This document shows, piece after piece, positions 55,061-64,000 of a stretch of DNA of 64,000 bases. The stretch lies in assembly GCF_006345805.1 (NCBI RefSeq), contig NC_043010.1, forward strand, positions 8,308,001 to 8,372,000. Reading direction: 5' to 3'. Below the pieces are notes generated by a model. It saw only the letters and a list, made by a program, of their open reading frames with translations, was not told where the DNA came from and searched no databases. Both the position numbers and the translations under genes were made by a program. The DNA is from Octopus sinensis (lineage: Eukaryota). The number at the start of each line of letters is the position of its first letter. Position 1 is the first letter of the stretch.

Positions 55061-56409
55061 ATGTGTGCTTGCATGCATGTGTACATGCATAATATTCATA
55101 TGGTTGTGTTTACTATTATGCGTTTTCAAGGTGCATTGAAAAAAGTATTTATTTCAAAATAATAAAAAATTATATATGTATAATATATATATATTAAACA
55201 GAAAATTTTATTTACATAAGAAAATTAAATATAAAGGTATCATTTTAAAAAATTATATATTCATTTCATCATTTTTTTTCATACTTATCAGTAGGTTAAT
55301 TATATTGATGGGTAATTCAATAAAAATTTGAAAATGCATTTTATAAATGTTTTAAAATCCACGAAATTTCCAGTGATTATAAAGCTTGGAAAAGTTTAAT
55401 ACCAGTCTTTGAGTTTATGATGTAAACATTCCAACTGTAAAAATTAGTTGATAGTTTTTTTTTTTTTTTCATCTTTGAATAAGTCATGTCTCATCTTTAG
55501 TGTTTTCTTAGGATATGGATTATCCAATGCCAAAATGGTAATTGGTCAATATGTACAAATAGCATTGCTGTTCTTGGAAATATGACAGTTATATCCAACA
55601 TTGAAAAAGTTCTTTTCCATGCAGCCAATAAAGAATCCAGGTCTGATTTTTGGTAATGATATTTTTTCAGTTTTCTTTTTTTTTTTCTATCATTTTATCA
55701 ATGTACAACTAAACATTTCCTAATCTCCCCTCAAAATTCTATGTCAGTGAACTAAAAATGAATTGGTGACCAGTCCCACTTGACTCAACTCAAACAAAAT
55801 CCTTTCAGTTGATATTTTCTGGTCATTCTTCTTTCCTTTGAGGTCTTTAAACATTCCATTGCAACTTCTGGAATCACTTGAAATATCTTCAACCAGATTT
55901 ATACATACAAACATACACATATATATACATATATATAATTTTTGCCAGAATTCTGTTCTATCTTCTTTTTCATGGTATTCCCAGGTCTTCATGTGTTTGT
56001 TCATATGCTTTGATCTTTATCAACATTTTAAACTACTGTATCACTCATTGCATTGTTTTTATACCGTACTTGACATGACAATACAATGAATTTGTTGATG
56101 TGAAGTTCAGAAAATATCTCTTTGGAATTGGTTCAGTGATATTTTGTTTTTGTCTTTGAAATGCCAAAAAATTATTGACTCAGTAATATTCCATGGGATC
56201 CATATTTATGCTTAAAAAAAAAAGGAAAAAAGGTAGATGTAGTAAACAGTTTTACCTTATTTACTTAAACATATGCTTACACTTGCATGTATATACATAC
56301 ATACATACATACATATATTACATGTGTATATATATAAAACTATATATATGTATGCATATATTTATATATGTGTGTGTGTATTCGTTTCTCTGTATATATA
56401 TATGTCTGT

Positions 56410-56490
<81 letters not shown>

Positions 56491-56547
56491 TAAATATAAA
56501 TATAAATATATATATATATATATGTCAGTCAATATATATATATATAA

Positions 56548-56578
<31 letters not shown>

Positions 56579-57485
56579 TATAGACATATATATGTATATA
56601 TATAGACATATATACATACACATATATATAGAGAGATGCATATATACATATATATACATCATGTATATGTATACAAATATGTATATATATATATATAGAC
56701 ATAGATAATGCTTATATACATACATATATATATTTATATATATACATGTATATACACACACATATATATACGTGAGCATGTATGTATATATTACCATGAA
56801 CTACAATACAATTTAAAATAAAAAGATGAGCTTATTTTTAAATGATGACCTTTGTAAACTTTACATAATGTTAAAAAATTTGGGGAAATTTTTTTTATTG
56901 TTCCACATTTTGATCATGATTATTTTCATTTCTTTCAGTGCACCTCTGGTTTTGTTTTGTGACTACATTGAATTATAAGTAATTACTTATTTCCTATCAA
57001 TTAAATAACAGCAAACTCCAAGTCTATTGTGAAAGAGATGAAACAAAGCAACACCAATTATTTTCTTTCAAACTTAAAATTTAGCTTAACATGTAAAAAA
57101 AAAAAAAATGGAAGTTATTTTATATAATTTTAAATAAGAAAAACTCTTTTTGATAACATTTTACAAAGTTTTGCAGTCCAATTAAATACCTTAGATGAAT
57201 TTTTATTTTTTAAAATAATAGATAGGTGAGTGGTTAGCAAAATTATTACAGCACCAAACAAAATATCATCCTTATCGTCATTATCATAACCACCACCACC
57301 ACCACCACCTTCATTGTCATCATCATCATCACCATTATAATCGTTGTAATATCCATGTTAATATGCTTGTATAAGTTAGACAGGACTCATTGAAGAAGGA
57401 ATGCAGAGAACATCACTTATATCAAGTGATGTCAGGACAAGGGTACACACAAACACACACCCATGCATCCACATTCATATATAAA

Positions 57486-57525
<40 letters not shown>

Positions 57526-57589
57526 TATATATATATATGTATATATATATGTATATAAATGTATGTATATATATATATATATATGTATA

Positions 57590-57803
57590 CATCGCCATGT
57601 TGATTCGCTAGCTTCTGCACACATTTTTTTTCTCTCCTTGTTTCTCTCCGTGTTTCTTTTCTGTGTATCTTTCTGTTGAAGAGCGTAGGCTCGAAACGTA
57701 AAAGACTTGTTTTATTTATATTCCTGAGCGCCATACTCATACAATTGTTTGTTTGTATTCCACCTGCCTTCGTCTTTTGTTTATTTTCATAAAGCTTCCT
57801 GTT
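57590..57803 (+). mobile_element. ~200-bp Penelope-like element in (TA)n with A6U hammerhead motif at 57668-57705
   Basis: tcttt-CTGTTGA-a-gagc(gtag)gctc-GAAA-cg-TA-aaaga: stems I and II pair fully. Confidence 0.65.
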
Positions 57804-57806
57804 ATA

Positions 57807-57890
<84 letters not shown>

Positions 57891-58287
57891 CGTGCGTGTA
57901 TGTATGTACATGTGTGTGTGTGGTAGTCTTCTTTCAATTTCCATCTATCAAATTCACTCATGAAGCTTTGTTTGGCCTATGGTCATTGTAGAAAACACTT
58001 ACCCAAGGGTGACTGAGCCCAAAACCTCCTGACTGGAAAGCAAGCTTCTTACCTACATAGCCACACCCACAGTAAAATAGTACATGCTTTTGTTTTGCGT
58101 TTTTATGTTCTGAGTAAAAATCCTCCAAGATCAACATTGCGTTTCCTCATTTTAGGGTTGAGTAAATTGAGTAGGAGTCAAATAATTGGGCTAACTTGAT
58201 TGGCTGTCAATTTATACCAGCAATATGCTTGCATGTTACAGTAGAGCCTAAATTTCTGCCCAGCCCTATAGTTTAATTGACAAAGGA

Positions 58288-58886
58288 AGTTAAGTTAAGT
58301 TAATTTTTTGGCTCAAAAAGCAAAAAGCAAGGCCATGTAGGGGGACATGGAGTTATGTACAGGGTGGTGTTCTTGCAAAGAGTTCAGGCCATTTGTGGTC
58401 AAGGGAGACTTTGAACCGAGCGGTCATCGGCATCTTCACTATCTCGTCTGGCAGCTTATTCCATGGATCTGCAACCTGGATGGAGAAAGCCCCTCTCCTT
58501 TGATTGAGATGAAATTGTCGCAGATAGAACTTTTTGGAGTGACCCCGCAGCCGATGCTCTGGAGCAAGAGTGAAGAACAGCTCTTTCGAGAGGTTACACT
58601 TTCCGCTTATGATGTTGTGAGCAAGAATGAGATCACTACGGCGGCGGCGTTTTTCTAGAGAATAAAGGTCGAGCATCTTCAGCCTTTCTTCATAAGACAA
58701 ATGCTTGAGACCAAGAACCATGCGGGTAGCCAGCTTCTGGACTCTTTCGAGATGCTGTATGTCTTTGAGGAGATAAGGAGGAGAGGCTTGAATCCCGTAC
58801 TCCAATATGGGTCTCACCAGCGTGACATAGAGCGGTAGGGATATGGCTGCTGTGAGCATTCCGAAGTGATATAGTAGCTGGAGCAC
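58288..58886 (-). mobile_element. 5'-truncated CR1-group LINE (ORF2 C-terminus, (AACTT)n tail)
   Basis: LYVTLVRPILEY...LERVQKLATRMV...YEERLKMLDLYSLEKRRRRSDLI...RLRGH...WNKLP. Confidence 0.92.
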
Positions 58887-59354
58887 AGTGGTGTGATGTC
58901 AATGTCATATACCTGTACGACACTATACTAACAAATACAGTAAACAGTCACTCATGAGTAAGTATAAGGTGATAATATGTACCGTGCTTTTGCTAATTGC
59001 CTTAAGGACCCATGAAACCACAAACAGCATAAAGTAATCTCTTGGCCCCTTTGCGCTTAACCCAGCAAAACATCCAGGCTGTGATGGTTTGTCTGTCCTT
59101 GTTTGTCCCCTCTGTGTTTAGCCCCTTGTGGGTAGTAAAGAAATAGGTTGAAGAATGAGAAGGCTGCTGTGGTATCAGGCTGTGGTATCTCAATACAGCT
59201 GAGAAGATTGAAACAATATGAAGGGAAGTACTTTATTCAAGGACATAACATGCAACCCAGTCTAGGAATTGAACACTCATCCTCATGATCATCAGATGAA
59301 CACTACAGCTACAAAGTGTTTCATCATGCTACACACACTACATTATCCTATCCT

Positions 59355-59650
59355 GGCACTCCATCGGTTATGACGATGAGGGTTCCAGCTGATCCGACCA
59401 ACAGAACAGCCTGAGCACTCCACAGACATGTATACCCTTGACATAGTTCTCAGGGAGAGTCAGTATGACACAAAGTGCAACAACACTGGCCCTTTGAAAT
59501 ACAGGTAGTTCTCATCTTTGCCAGCTGAGTGGAATGGAGCAACATGAAATAAAGTGTCTTGCTCAAGGACACAATGCATCACTGGGAATTGAACTCATGA
59601 CCTTACAATCACGAACTGAATACCTTAACCACTAAGCCACATCCTTCACA
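59355..59650 (-). mobile_element. Older SINE with tail type 2 but a different head and core
   Basis: Tail matches 21660-21840; core CCTTGAGCAAGACACTTTA. Confidence 0.7.
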
Positions 59651-60380
59651 CTATCCTATGCTATTTCCAGGATGAAACACATTCATGCAAACATAGAGTG
59701 ATCTGTTCATTCTCTCATACACATGAATGTTCTCTCCCTAAAAGTGGCCCCCATTATCCATTGAAAAGAAGATAGTCCTAAAGAAATAGAAATAATTCTT
59801 TTAATAGAAATATCTGGAGGTTACACAATTTGATGAGGAGAATGGAAACTATTAAATTTGTAAAGGGAAAATGAAAATAAAAGAACAACAAAAGTATTGC
59901 GACAACTATATATAAAATAAAATATTATATTATTGAGAATGGTACAACTTTGGAAATCACAAAACAGAGAATGGTATTTCAAATTAAAGTCGAAATGACA
60001 AATCTCTCTGTTTCAAAAATACTACAAAAAGTTGTCACTGTGTGTACGTGTATAAGTTTGTGTTGTGTGTGTGTGTGTGCATGTGCATGTGTGTGTGTGC
60101 ATATGTATATATGTGCATGTGTTTATGTGTGTGCATGTGTTTATGTGTGTGTGTATGTCTTTGTCTTTCAATGCATAAATGGTAAAATAAATGTGTATAT
60201 CTGTGTGTGTGTATGTATAAATAGGTATATATGCATATATGTATTATATATGTATTTATGTATATATAACTTTATATATAAATATATATATATATGTATA
60301 TGTGTGGTCTGATAAATAAGTATCCAGACTGTTGTTATGTTAACGAATATATATATATGTATATATATATATTAATAGTT

Positions 60381-60730
60381 ATCACCATACTAATATGGCA
60401 GTCTATAAATATAAGACTAAAGCTGTCGCTGATTAGCTCCAAGAGGCCATCGCCTCTAGCTAGCTATATGACACACGAACCTGCGTCCATTACAAACCTT
60501 CGAACAGGGGAGGTCAGCCGCTTCACCTTGCTAGTCAGACATCTGCAGACATGTTCCAGGGTTGTTGCCCTTTATTAATGCAGCGTAGTCAGACCCGCAG
60601 GTGTCGCTACTGACCGTCTGTTCGAAGATTTTATTTACCTAGTTACAGTGGAATACATCCACTTGTTTTCAATAACAGAAATATTAAAACTACTAAGTCT
60701 CTCTAAAGGAGATTACGGCAGCGTTACTGG
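60381..60730 (-). mobile_element. Penelope-like insertion with decayed hammerhead and 12-bp flanking direct repeat
   Basis: ATATTAATAGTT at 60369-60380 and 60731-60742; hammerhead fold at 60543-60583. Confidence 0.55.
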
Positions 60731-61271
60731 ATATTAATAGTTTCTGTCTACCAAATCCACTCACAAGGCTTGGTTGGCCCAAGGCTACAGTAGAAGATGC
60801 TTGCCCAAGATGCTTGTCCCACACAGTGGAACTGAACCTGGAACCATGTGATTGGGAAGTAAGCTTCATACCACACAACCACTCCTTTATATATATATAT
60901 ATATATATAATGAGAGAAACATTATGCTGTGGCCATTCAAAGCATGGAAATTAGATACTTTGAGCAACTTTCATGCACACAATTATAATCAACTGCCACA
61001 GAATTTCTCCATAAGCACACATCATTAGCAATAATCACACTTGCACACAAATAATGCATTGCACATGTAAGCATGTATACACATACGCATGTATACATAT
61101 TTATGTATGCATGTATGTACACAAACATTGTACACAATACTCTAGTAACACCTATCATTTACAAGACACATTTGATGTTTTGCACGTATACATACAAACA
61201 TATATATCTATATATGTACTTGTATATGTATGCATTTGCATATACATCTGTATGTGTTTATGCATGTGTAG

Positions 61272-61308
<37 letters not shown>

Positions 61309-61312
61309 ATAT

Positions 61313-61558
61313 GTGGAGGCGCAATGGCCTAGTGGTTAGGGCAGCGGACTCGCGGTCGCAGGAACGCGGTTTCGATTCCCAGACCGGGCGTTGTGAGTGT
61401 TTATTAAGCGAAAACACCTAAATGCTCCACGTGGCTCCGGCAGGGGGTGGTGATACCTGCTGTACTCTTTCACAACTCTTTCTTCTGTTGGCCTGCTCAC
61501 TTAGCCAGCGGGGTGGCGTCATGCGAAGGCTAAAAGAATGCGAACGCATTGTGACCAG
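61313..61558 (+). mobile_element. SINE family C, tail type 1, cut by the assembly gap
   Basis: Matches 3472-3725. Confidence 0.88.
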
Positions 61559-61658
61559 NNNNNNNNNNNNNNNNNNNNNNNNNNNNNNNNNNNNNNNNNN
61601 NNNNNNNNNNNNNNNNNNNNNNNNNNNNNNNNNNNNNNNNNNNNNNNNNNNNNNNNNN
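61559..61658. other. Assembly gap (100 N)
   Basis: Exactly 100 Ns; contiguity across it is not guaranteed. Confidence 0.99.
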
Positions 61659-63492
61659 ACCCTTCTTGAGAAGAGATGAGACTTTATTGAAAAGAAGTGG
61701 TGAAAGTAAGAGAAAAGAAGAGACAAATTGTTGGTGAAATGATTTCAAATAAAAAGACAACTGACTCCGTATTTGGCACTATAAAGTTTTAAAAGCCAAC
61801 TGCACACTATCATTTTAGAAGTAGAAGCCATGCTGAAAACTTTCCGAAACAAAAGTAGTCAGTAATTTTACCATATTGCCGTGTTCTTCCAGTCTGTTGG
61901 CTAATTGGTAATAAATCCACATTTCTACAATGTAATGGTCTTAAACATACAGTTGTGAGTAATAAAACATAATTGAGTAGAAAATGTGGAAAATGTGGAA
62001 AGAGAATATTGGAAATAATGGAACGGCAATTGTTCGGAAGACTAATTGTTTAAAGTAAATTGGATAGAAAAGATTGAGTTGAAACTTAAACTGATACCAA
62101 CAAATTTTATGTGCATTTTATGACCTCAGCAAACCATCTAGGAATGTTTATAATTTGAAGAGCCATTAAATTGAATCTTGAAAACCATAAGATTGTTTTG
62201 TTTTGTTTTTTTTAAAAAAAAATAGACATTTTTTTTAAAAGTAAATATTTAAATTTCATGCTGTGTTGTATTTATTGATAATTTCATTGGTAAATGGCAA
62301 GGTATTTTTTTTTTTTTATTTAATGTGATATTTAGTTAAAACAAAACTGAATATCACCAGAAATGTTTGGGGGTGGTTTAGGCACAAAAAACAAATTTAT
62401 AGATGGAAAATAGATTAAGCTTGAGCTATTTGTTCTGAGAAAGTACAATGTAAGAAGACTTTTAACGTTTACTCACATTTTTAGGTGCAAGACTTGTAAA
62501 CGAAGGTAGTAAATTTAATTATTTTTTTGGTTTTTACTACATTGTTGTTCCTTATTTGTTGTTGTTTGTGTTATTTTTTAAGCTCTATGCCAGCTCTGAC
62601 TGACCAGATGTATGAATCAAGCATCAGGCCAGCACTGACCATCTTATGGTTAGCCTGTTGGACTCAATTATGAGATTGGGGGGTTTTATTTCCAGATTAG
62701 GTGATACATTGTATCCTTGAGCTAGGCACTTCATTTCCCCTTTTTACATACCTCTAATCCATTCATTCAGCCAAAAATGAGTTGCACTTGCAGTAGTGTG
62801 GTTCATTGCAAATTATTAGCTACTAAATCTTGCTAATGTACTCATTAGATATTAACAGCCCTTGAGGGACACTGGATGAAGATTTAAGATTTCATTATAC
62901 CATGCATCCTTACCTTTGTTTCCAAAACTGCTAGATGCCATACAAAGGAATTTAGTGACTATTTCTAGCACACCATGCAGCCTTAAAAATTCTCCTTCAT
63001 TTCCATGTTGGTGCTTATTTTACTGATATTGATAAAATGATGGGCAAATTGACCCTTTAGAAATTAAAATCTATATGAAGAAATGAAACCATCCAAGAAT
63101 ATTTATTTCATTATTTCACTGTCTTAGCTGACCGTTCCCAATCTAACTCTCATCTATGGTCATTTCAATGCATCCTTACCTTTGTTTTCAAAACTGCAAG
63201 ATGCCATACGAAGGAGTTTAGTAATTAGAAATCTTAAGAGATGCAAAACAGGAACAAATTCGGAAATAAGTTCCTTATTGTTTTATAAATGTTTTATTAC
63301 AACAGAAATTATACATGTTGCATACTATTGCTCATTTGAGTTTGTAAAAGTTGTAATTTATATAACAAACAGTTATGTATGCTTAAATATTTATATTTGC
63401 TCACTAACACATATATACACACACATACAAACACACAAAATTATGTGTCTACGTATACATACATATATATATATATATATATATCACATATA

Positions 63493-63530
<38 letters not shown>

Positions 63531-63532
<2 letters not shown>

Positions 63533-63787
63533 CATCATCATCATCATCATCGTTTAACGTCCGCTTTCCATGATTGCATGGGTTGGATGGTTCAACTGGG
63601 GTCTGGGGAGCCCGAAAGGCCAGTCAGATCTGGCAGTGTTTCTACAGCTGGATGCCCTTCCTAACGCCAACCACTCCGAGAGTGTAGTGGGTGATTTTAT
63701 GTGCCACCGACACAGGTGCCAGACGAGGCTGGCGAACGGCCACGCTCGGATGGTGTTTTTTATGTGCCACCGACACAGGTGCCAGAC
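63531..63787 (-). mobile_element. RTE 3' terminal fragment
   Basis: (CAT)n plus conserved UTR end. Confidence 0.85.
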
Positions 63788-64000
63788 ATATTATACATAT
63801 ATATATATATACAAATATATATATATATATATATATATATTTGAGTATGAAGAATTTTGCTCATGAACACCATGCAGCATTCAGTGGGAAAATTGAAACC
63901 TCAACCCTTCAATTGTGAGTACAGTAATCTAATCAGAAGCCCATGTGCCAAAGTAACATGAAAATGATACATAATAATATCAAATACTTAATAATGTGTC

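Noticed and set aside
61315-61390. tRNA-Arg-like gene
   Set aside because: No proper acceptor stem and continues into the SINE body; it is a SINE head.
61659-61920. Possible terminal exon after the gap
   Set aside because: Only short open frames, no recognisable protein, and context is broken by the gap.

Overview
Eukaryotic, AT-rich, repeat-dense, apparently intronic or intergenic DNA. The tRNA-derived SINE types and extreme (TA)n/(CA)n/(TAA)n/(GAT)n load suggest an octopus genome (inference, no search run). I can support no intact host protein-coding gene; almost all ORFs in the supplied track are translated microsatellites. Recognisable content: five R4/Dong-type RLE retrotransposon fragments (four abutting (TAA)n), a ~2 kb RTE LINE plus many RTE 3' pieces, a CR1-type fragment, three SINE families, Helitron-type and piggyBac-type non-autonomous elements, and a 100-N gap. 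Most notable: (1) a ~2 kb ORF1-only L1/Tx1-like element with a CCHC knuckle and 14-bp TSD inside a SINE tRNA head; (2) several short Penelope-like elements with minimal type I hammerhead ribozyme motifs, including a tandem pair and recurrent non-canonical cores (U3-A8, A6U); (3) a constant-length ~550-bp non-coding element found in (TAA)n in Dong orientation, a candidate Dong parasite. Repeat boundaries were read by eye and are approximate.
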